A stretch of 62,609 nt of DNA, the filler included. It is 3 parts of 3 records of this genome, joined end to end, with 100 filler letters (N's around TTAATTAATTAA, not from the genome) between each part and the next. Parts side by side here need not be neighbours in the genome. Positions count along the whole stretch, not along the records: positions 22,225 to 39,336 come from SRR20825006_2545; positions 39,437 to 62,609 come from SRR20825006_2550; 1 more part is not named here. One strand, given 5' to 3'. Under the pieces are notes generated by a model. That model was not told where the DNA came from, did not search any database, and worked only from the letters and a program-made list of their open reading frames with translations. Position 1 is the stretch's first letter; each line of letters starts with the position of its first letter. The position numbers were made by a program, and so were the translations under genes. Shown here in pieces: positions 28,952 through 39,824 of the stretch.

Positions 28952-30112
28952 TTAGTGTTCTAACCAAGATTGATGGTAAGATTTATCTGCTATTTTAGCA
29001 CCTTCTTCAGTTACCATTAATGGTTTAAAAGTATCTACCATAACAGCAAGCTCTTCAGTTTCTGTCTGCCCTATGCTACGTTCTACAGCACCTGGATGTG
29101 GGCCGTGAGGTATGCCGGCAGGATGCAGTGATATGTGTCCTGGCTCAATATCATTTCTGCTCATAAAATCACCATCTACATAATACAGCACTTCATCACT
29201 ATCTATATTGCTATGGTTGTAAGGTGCAGGAATGCTTTCTGGATGGTAATCGTATTTTCTCGGACAAAAACTACATACTACAAAGGCATCTGTCTCAAAT
29301 GTTTGGTGTACTGGTGGCGGTTGGTGTATGCGACCAGTTATGGGTTCAAAATCATGTATTGAAAATGCATATGGATAATTATAGCCATCAAACCCAACAA
29401 CATCAAAAGGATGCGTGGCATAAACCATATTGAAGATTTCGTTATTCTTTTTTACTTTAATTACAAAATCTCCAACCTCATCATGAGTTTCTAAGTCTTG
29501 AGGTTGTCTTAGGTCACGCTCACAAAATGGAGAATGCTCTAACAATTGTCCAAACCAGTTTCTGTAACGTTTAGGAGTGTAAATAGGACGACGTGACTCA
29601 ACTATAAATAGTCTATTGTTTTCATCATCAAAATCTATTTTATAAATAACACCTCTAGGTATTAAAAGGTAATCACCATATTTAAAATCTAGATTACCTA
29701 AATGCGTTCTTAAGACACCGCTACCTTTGTGTACAAATAATAACTCATCACTATCTGCATTTTTATAAAAATAGTCTTGTGTTAAATTTTGAGGCGATGC
29801 TAATGTAATATCTACATCGCTATTTGTAAGCACTACCTTTCTGCTTTCTAAGTAATCTGGTTCTGGTATTACCTGAAAACCCTTAAGGCGTAAAGAATGC
29901 ATATTGTTTTTGGTAGCTACTTTAGGAGTTACATCATAACTGCCGTCTATTTTCTTAACCTGTGTAGGTCTATGTTCGTGGTATAAGTTACTGCTCATAC
30001 CATCAAAACCAATTGTGCCAAAAAGCTGCTCATAGTATAATGAGCCATCTGGTTTCTTAAAAATGGTATGACGCTTATGAGGAATCTTACCGAGTTTATG
30101 GTAAAAAGGCAT
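28952..30112 (-). CDS. hmgA: Homogentisate 1,2-dioxygenase
   Basis: KNADSDE, HPFDVVG, PY.HSN.DSDE, LHPAGIPHGP, ELAVMVDT. Confidence 0.95.
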   Translation of the reverse strand: MPFYHKLGKIPHKRHTIFKKPDGSLYYEQLFGTIGFDGMSSNLYHEHRPTQVKKIDGSYDVTPKVATKNNMHSLRLKGFQVIPEPDYLESRKVVLTNSDVDITLASPQNLTQDYFYKNADSDELLFVHKGSGVLRTHLGNLDFKYGDYLLIPRGVIYKIDFDDENNRLFIVESRRPIYTPKRYRNWFGQLLEHSPFCERDLRQPQDLETHDEVGDFVIKVKKNNEIFNMVYATHPFDVVGFDGYNYPYAFSIHDFEPITGRIHQPPPVHQTFETDAFVVCSFCPRKYDYHPESIPAPYNHSNIDSDEVLYYVDGDFMSRNDIEPGHISLHPAGIPHGPHPGAVERSIGQTETEELAVMVDTFKPLMVTEEGAKIADKSYHQSWLEH

Positions 30113-30350
30113 GTGTTTTAATTTTTATCTTAATATACAAAATCTGAACTTAGACCTAAAATGCTTAGTTACAAATATCGATAAATTTAAGGACAATTAA
30201 TTGCATCGCCAATTTGTGTAGGTGTATTAATTATTAAGATTAATAGGAATGCTGTTTCTTTAAACCTATAGTATAAATAAATCATGAGGTTACTCTTCAT
30301 TTTAGTAACTTTGAAGCTATTCAACATCTCAAGATTTTCAACACATTCTC

Positions 30351-33221
30351 ATGACCAATACTCCAGAAAACACTCAAAAACGTTTATTTCTTCTTGATGC
30401 CTATGCTCTAATTTTTAGAGGCTATTATGCGTTGATAAAAAACCCTAGAGTAAACTCAAAAGGGATGGACACAAGTGCCATCATGGGTTTTATGAATTCA
30501 TTGTTTGATGTTATTAAACGTGAAAAACCAGACCACTTAGCTGTAGCTTTTGATAAAGGTGGTAGTAGTGATCGTGTAGAGATGTATGAAGATTATAAAG
30601 CTAATCGAGATGAAACTCCAGACGCAATTAAAATAGCAGTGCCATACATACAAAGTATACTAAAAGCTATGCACGTGCCTTGTATAGAAATTGAAGGTGT
30701 AGAGGCAGATGATTTAATAGGAACGCTCTCTAAGCAAGCCGAAAAGGAAGGCTACCAAGTTTTTATGGTTACACCAGATAAGGATTATGCGCAATTGGTT
30801 TCAGAAAATATTTTTATGTACAAGCCTGCACGTATGGGTAATGGTATAGAAATTTGGGGAATACCAGAAGTACAGAAAAAGTTTGAAGTAGAGCGACCAG
30901 AGCAAGTAATAGACTACTTAGGGATGATGGGAGATGCTAGTGATAATATTCCAGGTTTGCCAGGTGTTGGAGATAAGACAGCTAAAAAATTTATTAAGCA
31001 ATATGGAGGATTAGAAGGTTTATTAGAAAACACAGATAAGCTTAAAGGTAAAATGAAAGAGAAAGTTATTGCTAACGCAGAGTTAGGAAGACTTTCTAGA
31101 AAATTGGCAACAATCATGCTAGATTGTGATGTTACTTTTAATGCAGAAAACTATGAGTTGTCTGAGCCAGATGCAGAAGCTGTAGCAGAAATTTTTGATG
31201 ACCTAGAATTTAGAAGACTTAAAGATCAATTTGTAAAAATTTTCTCTGGTGAGGCAGAAGCAAGTGTTGGCGCAGCAGTCTCTAATACAGAAACGGCTAA
31301 GAAGATTGAAACAGCTTCGAAAAAAGCAGCTCAAGCAGGTGCAGGACAATACAACTTATTTGATGCTAATAGCACGATAGCAGATGATGTTGAAGAGGCA
31401 TCATCAAGGCAGACCATAAAAACAAAGGAACACCATTACCAAAGTGTAGCAACATCTGGAATGGGCTTAAAGCTATTTCTACAAAATTTAAACAAACAGA
31501 CATCGGTTTGTTTTGATACAGAAACTACAGGACTTAATCCTTTAACTGCCGAGTTGGTAGGGATTGCGTTTTCTTGGGAAGCTGGTAAAGGATTTTACCT
31601 GCCGTTTTCAGATAACAAAGAAGAGGCACAACTATTAATAGAAGAATTAAGGCCATTTTTTGAAAATGAAGACATTCAGAAAGTTGGGCAAAATTTAAAG
31701 TATGATATTAAAGTACTACATAAGTATGATATAGAAGTTCGCGGACCTCTTTTTGATACCATGTTAGCGCATTATCTTATAAATCCAGACATGCGCCATA
31801 ATATGGATGTGCTTGCAGAAACATACCTCAATTACTCACCGGTTTCAATAGAAACTTTAATTGGTAAAAAAGGTAAGAATCAAAAAAGTATGCGAGATGT
31901 GCCTTTAGAAGATCAAACCGAGTACGCGGTGGAAGATGCAGATATCACACTTCAATTAAAAGAGCATTTTGAAAAAGAATTGGGAGATGCCAATACCCAA
32001 AAATTGTTTGATGATATTGAAATTCCATTACTACGTGTATTAGCAGCAATGGAGTTGGAAGGTATTAATTTGGACAAAGCATTTTTAAATAATTTAGCTG
32101 AAGACTTAAACAATGACATTGCAACTTTAGAGGCTTCGATTTATAAAGAAGCTGGAGAAGAATTTAATATAGGCTCACCAAAACAACTGGGCGAAATTCT
32201 CTTTGATAAACTTAAACTAGTAGAAAAGCCTAAGAAAACCAGAACAGGGCAATATTCAACTGCTGAAGATGTACTAAGTTATCTTGCCGCAGATCACACA
32301 ATAATTCAAAATGTACTTGACTATCGTGGGTTGGCAAAACTTAAAAGTACATATGTAGACGCACTACCAGAGCAAGTTGAAGAAGATGGTAGAGTGCATA
32401 CAGATTATATGCAAACCGTTGCTGCTACAGGTCGTTTAAGTAGTAATAACCCTAATCTTCAAAATATACCAATACGTACAGAACGAGGAAGGCAAGTAAG
32501 GAAGGCATTTGTACCTAAAAATGAAGACTATGTATTACTCGCAGCAGATTACAGTCAAATAGAATTAAGGATTATCGCGGCATTAAGCGAGGAAGACACA
32601 ATGATTGAAGCCTTTAAAAATGGTGAAGATATTCACGCCAGTACTGCAGCAAAAGTTTTTAATGTACCTATTAATGAGGTAACAAGAGAACAGCGTAGTA
32701 ACGCAAAAACCGTAAACTTCGGTATTATATATGGCGTTTCAGCTTTTGGGCTAAGTAACCAAACAGACCTTACACGAAGTGAATCGAAAGACTTAATCGA
32801 CACGTATTATAAAACTTACCCAAAGCTTCGAAACTACATGAGTAATCTAGTAGATGATGCTCGTGAAGATGGTTATGTAAGTACCGTATTAGGAAGGCGT
32901 CGTTATTTAAAAGATATTAACTCTAGTAATGGTGTTGTAAGAGGTGCTGCAGAACGAAATGCTGTAAACGCGCCAATACAAGGTAGTGCAGCAGATATAA
33001 TTAAAGTGGCTATGATTAATATTCATAAAAAATTAGCCGAAGGAAACTTTAAAACTAAAATGTTACTTCAGGTACATGATGAATTGGTTTTTGATGTTCC
33101 AAAAAATGAGTTAGAAGACATTAAAACTTTAGTAAAAACAGAAATGGAAAGCGCTTACACCTTAAACGTACCTTTAGATGTAGAGGTTGGTGTAGGTAAC
33201 GATTGGCTAGAAGCGCATTAA
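30351..33221 (+). CDS. polA: DNA polymerase I
   Basis: 5'-3' exonuclease LLDAYAL, 3'-5' FDTETT, TGRLSS, ADYSQIELR, NAPIQGSAAD, LQVHDEL; TAACTTTG promoter at 30306. Confidence 0.99.
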   Translation: MTNTPENTQKRLFLLDAYALIFRGYYALIKNPRVNSKGMDTSAIMGFMNSLFDVIKREKPDHLAVAFDKGGSSDRVEMYEDYKANRDETPDAIKIAVPYIQSILKAMHVPCIEIEGVEADDLIGTLSKQAEKEGYQVFMVTPDKDYAQLVSENIFMYKPARMGNGIEIWGIPEVQKKFEVERPEQVIDYLGMMGDASDNIPGLPGVGDKTAKKFIKQYGGLEGLLENTDKLKGKMKEKVIANAELGRLSRKLATIMLDCDVTFNAENYELSEPDAEAVAEIFDDLEFRRLKDQFVKIFSGEAEASVGAAVSNTETAKKIETASKKAAQAGAGQYNLFDANSTIADDVEEASSRQTIKTKEHHYQSVATSGMGLKLFLQNLNKQTSVCFDTETTGLNPLTAELVGIAFSWEAGKGFYLPFSDNKEEAQLLIEELRPFFENEDIQKVGQNLKYDIKVLHKYDIEVRGPLFDTMLAHYLINPDMRHNMDVLAETYLNYSPVSIETLIGKKGKNQKSMRDVPLEDQTEYAVEDADITLQLKEHFEKELGDANTQKLFDDIEIPLLRVLAAMELEGINLDKAFLNNLAEDLNNDIATLEASIYKEAGEEFNIGSPKQLGEILFDKLKLVEKPKKTRTGQYSTAEDVLSYLAADHTIIQNVLDYRGLAKLKSTYVDALPEQVEEDGRVHTDYMQTVAATGRLSSNNPNLQNIPIRTERGRQVRKAFVPKNEDYVLLAADYSQIELRIIAALSEEDTMIEAFKNGEDIHASTAAKVFNVPINEVTREQRSNAKTVNFGIIYGVSAFGLSNQTDLTRSESKDLIDTYYKTYPKLRNYMSNLVDDAREDGYVSTVLGRRRYLKDINSSNGVVRGAAERNAVNAPIQGSAADIIKVAMINIHKKLAEGNFKTKMLLQVHDELVFDVPKNELEDIKTLVKTEMESAYTLNVPLDVEVGVGNDWLEAH

Positions 33222-33240
33222 TAAAATAAACTCTTAAAAC

Positions 33241-34050
33241 ATGAAAAAGACCTTACAAATAGTAAACATAGTTGTGTTTGCTATTACAATATTTATGAAT
33301 TATGCGTCCAGCGCAGGTCTTTTTAACGGTGCAACTCAAGCAGAAATAAGTGCTAAGTATAGTAATATGTTTACGCCAGCTGGTTATGCATTTTCAATTT
33401 GGGGTCTTATTTACTTGTTGCTTTTCGGCTTTGCGATTTACCAATCGAGAAGTTTGGTTGTTAAAGTTAGGGATGATGATTTTATACAAAAAACAGGTTG
33501 GTGGTTTACACTAAGTTGCTTGGCTAATAGCTTGTGGTGTTACTTGTTTGTTTCAGATTATATATTAGCTTCAGTAATTACCATTTTCTTCTTGCTGTTT
33601 TGTCTTTTAAAAATTATATATAAAAATAGTATGGAACTTTGGGATGCTCCAATATCTGTAATTGTATGTATTTGGTGGCCGTTTGTGTTTTATAGTGGCT
33701 GGTTAACAGTTGCATGCATTGCAAATGTTTCTGTATATCTTACAAAAATTGAGTGGACTGCTTTTGGACTATCACCTCAGTTTTGGACAATAGTTATGAT
33801 AGTAATTGCTACTAGTATTAATTTAGCCATTACTTGGACCAGGAACATGCGAGAATTTGCATTGGTAGGTGCTTGGGCACTAGTGGCTATTGGTGTGGCA
33901 AACTATAATATAGAGGAAACTGTTGTTTATTGTGCTTTAATTACTGGAGGATTATTACTTGTAAGCAGTAGCGTTCATGCTATTAAAAATAAAGATACAA
34001 GCCCTTACCAAAAATGTTTAGAGTACTTAAATAAAGAACCGAACTCTTAA
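33241..34050 (+). CDS. Tryptophan-rich sensory (TspO-like) membrane protein
   Basis: FTPAGYAFSIWGLIY, YSGWLTVA..AN; about 8 TM helices. Confidence 0.78.
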   Translation: MKKTLQIVNIVVFAITIFMNYASSAGLFNGATQAEISAKYSNMFTPAGYAFSIWGLIYLLLFGFAIYQSRSLVVKVRDDDFIQKTGWWFTLSCLANSLWCYLFVSDYILASVITIFFLLFCLLKIIYKNSMELWDAPISVIVCIWWPFVFYSGWLTVACIANVSVYLTKIEWTAFGLSPQFWTIVMIVIATSINLAITWTRNMREFALVGAWALVAIGVANYNIEETVVYCALITGGLLLVSSSVHAIKNKDTSPYQKCLEYLNKEPNS

Positions 34051-34790
34051 TACCTGTAAGCTTCATAAATTACTACTACATTATCTACTGCATTGGTGAT
34101 ATTTAATGTAAAACCATCATCATTAAATGCTGTAAGCGTAGCAGTTGTTAGCCCTAAATTACCTCCATTTTGATTGGTGTACCTTAAGCCAATACAATTT
34201 GTTGAAGAGGCGTAACGTGATATATCATTAATAGAGTTTCCAGAACCACCGTTAAAAATAGATTGCTGTAAGATTGATCCATCAATTTCATAAGCATAAC
34301 CCTTCATTGAACCGTGAGTGTTTTCCTTAGTGTTGTTGTTATTGTTACCAGTACTATTGCTAGCGCTTTGGTTATAATCATCAACATTGGCATACGCCGT
34401 GAAACTAATTCGAGTAGGCTTAAAAGGTAATCCTGTAAAATTAACTATGCCTGTTGAGGTAATTCTAAATTTACCTATATGAATATGCGGTGTATTATCT
34501 ACAAGTTTATCCCAATCTGAACCATTCCAAAAATAAAATCCTTTTTCTGTTAATGTACCGTTACCATTATTGTAAACCATTGTTCCTTCAACTAAAGCTG
34601 TGCCATCTGGATTTAAAACCGTGCCAGTGTCTGCAGAAGAGTTTAATGCAACTCTTGGTATTAATATACCAGAATCTGTGGAGGTTATATCTAAAGCTGC
34701 TTGAGGTGTTGTAGTAGAGATGCCTACCTGTGCATTTGTATTAGAAACAAATAGAATAAATGAAAGTATAAAGGTAAAAATGGTGCGCAT
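34047..34790 (-). CDS. Hypothetical secreted protein
   Basis: Signal peptide then QVGISTTTPQAALDI..GILIPRVAL..G.MVYN..GFYFWNG..W, a module common in Flavobacteria. Confidence 0.8.
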   Translation of the reverse strand: MRTIFTFILSFILFVSNTNAQVGISTTTPQAALDITSTDSGILIPRVALNSSADTGTVLNPDGTALVEGTMVYNNGNGTLTEKGFYFWNGSDWDKLVDNTPHIHIGKFRITSTGIVNFTGLPFKPTRISFTAYANVDDYNQSASNSTGNNNNNTKENTHGSMKGYAYEIDGSILQQSIFNGGSGNSINDISRYASSTNCIGLRYTNQNGGNLGLTTATLTAFNDDGFTLNITNAVDNVVVIYEAYRY

Positions 34791-34920
34791 AAATAATTTA
34801 AAATCTAATGAAATAGAAATCTTAATACTATGTTAAAAAAAACAAAGATAGAAATTTGTAAAACGTTAATGTGTATTTATATCCGTTAAAAGACCAAATA
34901 TTGTGCCTAATACCAAAATT

Positions 34921-36288
34921 TTATACCATTGCAGCTACATCTGTTCCCCAAGTTGGGTATGCGAAGACCATTTGTTTAAGCTCTGCAGCTGTCATCTCTT
35001 TAAATATAGCCATTGAGAAAAGGTTGATAACTTCTGAAGCTTGTGGACCAATTAAATGTGCACCTAAAATCTTATCGGTCTCTTTGTGTATAATTATTTT
35101 ATAGGCGTATACAGAAGTGTTTACTCTTCTAGCATTATACCAATCTTTACCATCTCCAGATTTTACAATATACTCCAAAGACTCATTTTTAGCATCGGCT
35201 TTTAAAATGCCAACACTTGCTACATTAGGTATTGTAAAACAGACCGATGGTGTAGGAGGAAAAGTAATTTTTTTCTTAGAAGTTGTTTTGGAGTTTAATT
35301 CTGCTAAAATATTTGTGGCTACGGTACTTCCTTCTCTGCCGGAAAAAGGCGTTAGTGGTACTGCGTGATCACTAACATCTCCACAGGCATATACATTTTT
35401 ATTTGTTGGGTTTTGCAAATAGCTATTTACCTCAATCCCATTTTTATTAAATTCAATATTACCTTTCTGAAGTTTAAGTTTTTCTGTAGCAGGAACTCGT
35501 CCAGCTACATTAAAAATAAGTTCTGCCTTTGCAGTTTGCAGTTTACCATCTTTTAGATACTCAACTTCGTAGTTTTTTCTTAAATGTTTTACTTGTCTTA
35601 CATCAGCCTCAAAAATAAATTTAATACCTAATTTTTTTGAAGCCTTTACAAGTTCTTCAACTATATCTTCATCAAAATTACCTAAAGGTCGTTTGGCAAA
35701 ATCAATAACTGTAACCTTTACACCGCAACGTGCAGCCATATGGGCAAACTCCATCCCGATATAACCTGCGCCTACAAATATCATAGTTTCAGGAAGTGTT
35801 TCTAACTCAAGAAAATCATCACTTACTTTCATGAGTTTACACCCATCAAATCCTAAGTTTCTTGGATGTAAACCTGTGGCAATAACAAACTTATCTGCAG
35901 TGACAGTTTTTCCTTCTACAGAGATAGTGCTCTGGTCTATAAATTCAGGAGATTGGTGGTATAAAGTGATATTTAAATCTTCAAGCTTTTCTTCTGTTAC
36001 AGCTGGCACTGCATCTGTAAAGTTACATTTATAGGCCATAAGATCTTTCCAAGAATATTCTGGCATTGTGGTAATGCCTTTTCCTAAAAGATCATTACTT
36101 CTCTGTAAGATATGGGTTAGACCATAAATAACTTTTTTAGGGTCGCAACCTCTATTAGCACAAGTACCTCCAAATTCTCTGTCGTCTGCAATTGCAACGT
36201 TTAATCCTTCTTTAGCAAGTTTTTTTGCACAGGTTTGTCCTGCAATTCCAGATCCTATTATAAAGACGTCAAAATGTTTGTAGGCCAT
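34921..36288 (-). CDS. Class I pyridine nucleotide-disulfide oxidoreductase (glutathione reductase-like)
   Basis: GSGIAG, GGTCANRGCDP redox pair, GAGYIGME, YACGD, C-terminal AYPT. Confidence 0.92.
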   Translation of the reverse strand: MAYKHFDVFIIGSGIAGQTCAKKLAKEGLNVAIADDREFGGTCANRGCDPKKVIYGLTHILQRSNDLLGKGITTMPEYSWKDLMAYKCNFTDAVPAVTEEKLEDLNITLYHQSPEFIDQSTISVEGKTVTADKFVIATGLHPRNLGFDGCKLMKVSDDFLELETLPETMIFVGAGYIGMEFAHMAARCGVKVTVIDFAKRPLGNFDEDIVEELVKASKKLGIKFIFEADVRQVKHLRKNYEVEYLKDGKLQTAKAELIFNVAGRVPATEKLKLQKGNIEFNKNGIEVNSYLQNPTNKNVYACGDVSDHAVPLTPFSGREGSTVATNILAELNSKTTSKKKITFPPTPSVCFTIPNVASVGILKADAKNESLEYIVKSGDGKDWYNARRVNTSVYAYKIIIHKETDKILGAHLIGPQASEVINLFSMAIFKEMTAAELKQMVFAYPTWGTDVAAMV

Positions 36289-36440
36289 AACTTTTTATGT
36301 AAAATTAAGAGTTGGTGTATAACAGCCGTGTTATAGAAATTGTAAATAATAGGCTGCCTAAACACAAATTCTCTTAAATAAGTCACGCTATGTTTTTAAA
36401 GCTTACATAACAGTTAGGGATTCTTAAAATATCTAGACAC

Positions 36441-36469
36441 AAAAAAAGCACCACTAAAAAGTGATGCTT
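36441..36469 (-). terminator. Terminator of lipocalin pair
   Basis: Minus strand AAGCATCACT-TTTT-AGTGGTGCTTTTTTT. Confidence 0.8.
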
Positions 36470-36492
36470 AGACATTAAACGCAATAAACGTT

Positions 36493-36933
36493 TTAATTAA
36501 CTCTTGTATAAGTTGTTGTAAACACTTCTGTTTCGTCTCCAAAAGAATCTGTAAATGAAAATGTAAGTGTCGAGTTGTTTAGAGTTTCTATTGAACCACT
36601 ATCTGAACCGCCATCGTAGCTTATAGTAACGGTGTTTCCAGAAATAGTGTAGGTTGAAACATCTGGTGTTTCTGTTTCACATTCATTTTCGTCATTAGTA
36701 TAAACATATACAGAAGTTACAGTGTCCTCACTAAATGTAATTGTGCTAGAGGTTTCGCAATCATCTAAAGGTTCTGGCTCTCCGTTAATTACTTCAGAAG
36801 TTAAGCGCCACTGACCAATAATTAGTGTGTTGAAATCTGCAACATCTCCATTGTTGGAGTCGTCGTCGCTACTACAAGACGCAGTGGTGCAGGCTATTAT
36901 TGCAGCTAATAAAATAAGTTTAAATGTTTTCAT
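36493..36933 (-). CDS. Lipocalin-like lipoprotein
   Basis: Lipobox ASC + SDDD, IIGQWRL (GxW), two Cys, beta-rich. Confidence 0.82.
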   Translation of the reverse strand: MKTFKLILLAAIIACTTASCSSDDDSNNGDVADFNTLIIGQWRLTSEVINGEPEPLDDCETSSTITFSEDTVTSVYVYTNDENECETETPDVSTYTISGNTVTISYDGGSDSGSIETLNNSTLTFSFTDSFGDETEVFTTTYTRVN

Positions 36934-37007
36934 TTTGAGTTTTATTTAGTTTGCTGCTAAATTATAAAAATATAAAGACTATAAAATGATATTACCCAAA
37001 ATCAAAA

Positions 37008-37433
37008 TTAAGAGCTTATTTTAGAGTACACTTTAGTTAATGTGCCATCGTCTGTACTTACGGTAAGTTCTAATAATGTGGTATTAAGTTGGGTAATTTG
37101 AACCTGAGAAATATCTCCAGATGATAATGTATAAGTGAGAATAGACTCACTTATGGCATAAGTACCAATTAATATACTAAAAACACTACAGTTACCATTT
37201 GTATTTGTGAAAACATCAACAAACCCAAATTCATTATTACTATCAAAATTAAAGGTGGTCATTAGTTCACATTCTCCTAAAGAAATAAGTTCTTCATTAT
37301 CGTAGCTTTCAATTAATTGCCATTCCCCAACAATTAAACTTTCAAAATTAGACGTTTGGTTCGTGCTATCATCATCATTACTGCAACTGCATAAACATAA
37401 AAGAAAAGTAATTGCTAGGATAAGGTTCTTCAA
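37008..37433 (-). CDS. Lipocalin-like lipoprotein (paralog)
   Basis: CSCSNDDD, IVGEWQL, same Cys pattern; TTG start. Confidence 0.8.
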   Translation of the reverse strand: MKNLILAITFLLCLCSCSNDDDSTNQTSNFESLIVGEWQLIESYDNEELISLGECELMTTFNFDSNNEFGFVDVFTNTNGNCSVFSILIGTYAISESILTYTLSSGDISQVQITQLNTTLLELTVSTDDGTLTKVYSKISS

Positions 37434-37560
37434 AATATAGTTTTTTCTAAATATACTAAATGTATGTTATAATCGCGGTTGTGGTACGCTATACATTTAT
37501 TGTAAAAACTTATAGATAACATTCTATAATTTAGAGGTTACAAGTATCTTTGTAGTATAC

Positions 37561-39336
37561 ATGAGTAAGACATCTATTTCCCAAGCCTTTTCTCGGTCTC
37601 CTCAACTCAGGAAACTGCAGGACACTATTACCCAATCTCAAGAAAATTATCATAAAACAACCCTTACAGGGCTTGTTGGGTCTGCCGTATCTTTTGCTAT
37701 TGCAGAAGCTTTTAAGCAAGCAGATAAACCATTCTTGGCCATATTTAACGATAAGGAAGAAGCAGCTTATTATTTAAATGATTTTGAGCAACTTATAAAA
37801 GATGATGAGGTGCTGTTTTATCCCGGAAGCTACAGAAGACCTTACCAAATAGAAGAAACAGATAATGCCAATGTACTACTTAGGGCTGAGGTTTTAAACA
37901 GGCTTAATTCCAGAAGAAAACCAGCCTTAATCGTTACCTATCCAGATGCACTTTTTGAAAAGGTGGTAACCAAAAAGGAGTTGGAGAAAAACACGCTAAA
38001 ACTTAGTGTTGGAGAACAGGTTTCTATTGATTTTGTGAATGAAGTATTGTTTGAGTACAAGTTTCATCGTGTAGATTTTGTTACTGAACCAGGCGAATTT
38101 TCTTTACGTGGTGGTATTTTAGATGTATTTAGCTTTAGTCACGATGAGCCTTTTAGAATTGAATTTTTTGGGGATGAAGTAGATAGCATAAGAACTTTTG
38201 ATGTAGAGACACAGTTGTCTTTAGAGCAAACCAAAAAAATTTCGATAATACCTAATGTCGAAAATAAGTTGCTTCAAGAATCTAGAGAAAGCTTCTTGAA
38301 ATATATACATCATAAAACTATCATCTTCAGTAAAAATACAGAGCTTGTATTTGGAAGAATAGATTCAAACTTTGATAAGGCTGTACAAGCTTTTAAAACA
38401 TTAAATGCAGAAACTAAACACAGTGAACCAGAAGAGTTATTTGCTACAGGAGCACTGTTAAAAGAGCAACTTAAAGGATTTACGCATTTTGAAATTTTAA
38501 ATAAAAGTACTGGTGCGGCAGACACCATACAATTTCATACAAGACCACAACCAAGCTTTAATAAGCAATTTAATTTGCTTATTGAAAATTTAAATGAAAA
38601 CCATGAAGATGGTTATCACAACTATATAGCTTGCGTAAGTGAACAGCAAGCCAAGCGTTTTCATGATATTTTTGATGATGCAGAGCTTAACGTAAAGCAA
38701 TATGAAACAGTAACAGTTTCTTTATACCAAGGTTTTATAGATGATGAAAGTAATAGCGTTTGCTATACAGATCATCAAATTTTTGAGCGTTATCATAAAT
38801 TTAATTTAAAGAATGGCTATGCTAAAAAACAAGCCATTACTTTAAAAGAGCTAACCAACCTTACTGTGGGAGATTATGTTACACATATAGATCACGGTAT
38901 TGGAAAATTTGGTGGTCTACAGAAAATTGATGTTGAGGGTAAGAAGCAAGAAGCTATTAAGTTAATTTATGGAGATAGAGATATTCTTTACCTAAGCATA
39001 CATTCACTACACAAAATAACCAAGTATAATGGCAAAGATGGGCAAGCACCTAAAGTTTATAAATTAGGTAGCCAAGCTTGGAAAAAACTGAAACAAAAAA
39101 CCAAGTCTAAGGTTAAGGAAATAGCTTTTAACCTTATAAAATTATATGCAAAACGACGCCTAGAAAAAGGGTTTGCATTTGGTCCAGATACCACAATGCA
39201 ACTTGAGTTAGAATCTTCTTTTATATATGAAGACACACCAGATCAAAGTAGTGCTACAGAAGATGTAAAAAAAGATATGGAAAACGAGCGGCCAATGGAT
39301 CGCTTAGTTTGTGGTGATGTAGGTTTTGGTAAAACC
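37561..39336 (+). CDS. mfd: Transcription-repair coupling factor (5' part)
   Basis: GEFSLRGGILDVF, GDYVTHIDHGIGKF (CarD-like), MDRLVCGDVGFGKT. Confidence 0.98.
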
Positions 39337-39436
39337 NNNNNNNNNNNNNNNNNNNNNNNNNNNNNNNNNNNNNNNNNNNNTTAATTAATTAANNNNNNNN
39401 NNNNNNNNNNNNNNNNNNNNNNNNNNNNNNNNNNNN
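39337..39436. other. Artificial contig-joining spacer
   Basis: N-run/TTAATTAATTAA/N-run; abrupt switch from AT-rich to GC-rich sequence. Confidence 0.99.
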
Positions 39437-39673
39437 TTCATAGATGCTTTCCATGTTCCAATGGCGCTGTCCGGGCCACATGGCGGCCCCAGCAATATCG
39501 GACAGAAACGCCTCAGACGCGGCATCGCCATGCAACACGCAATTCTCGCCACCCTCTTCATAGTTCAGCACAAATTGCACAGCCACTTGCGCGCCGCCGG
39601 GCCACTGCGGATCGGGCGCGTTGGCCCCATAGCCCTGCATATTTCGGACATAACGCGGCGGATATTTTTGCAT
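39437..39673 (-). CDS. puuE: Allantoinase PuuE (5' part)
   Basis: RNM.GYG...PDPQWPGGA.VAVQFVLNYEEGGEN.VLHGD..SEAFLS. Confidence 0.93.
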
Positions 39674-39824
39674 TTTGAGAGGCCTTCGTGAATTTTGACT
39701 AATTGGTAGGCTTTCGCTTGTTTTTTCTACGTTTACCGTCGGGGAAGTGCAAAAGATTGATTGCCCTTTCCTTCATCATAGGCCAGCCTTTTTGAGAAAC
39801 GCATTGAAAATGAGCAAGAAACAC

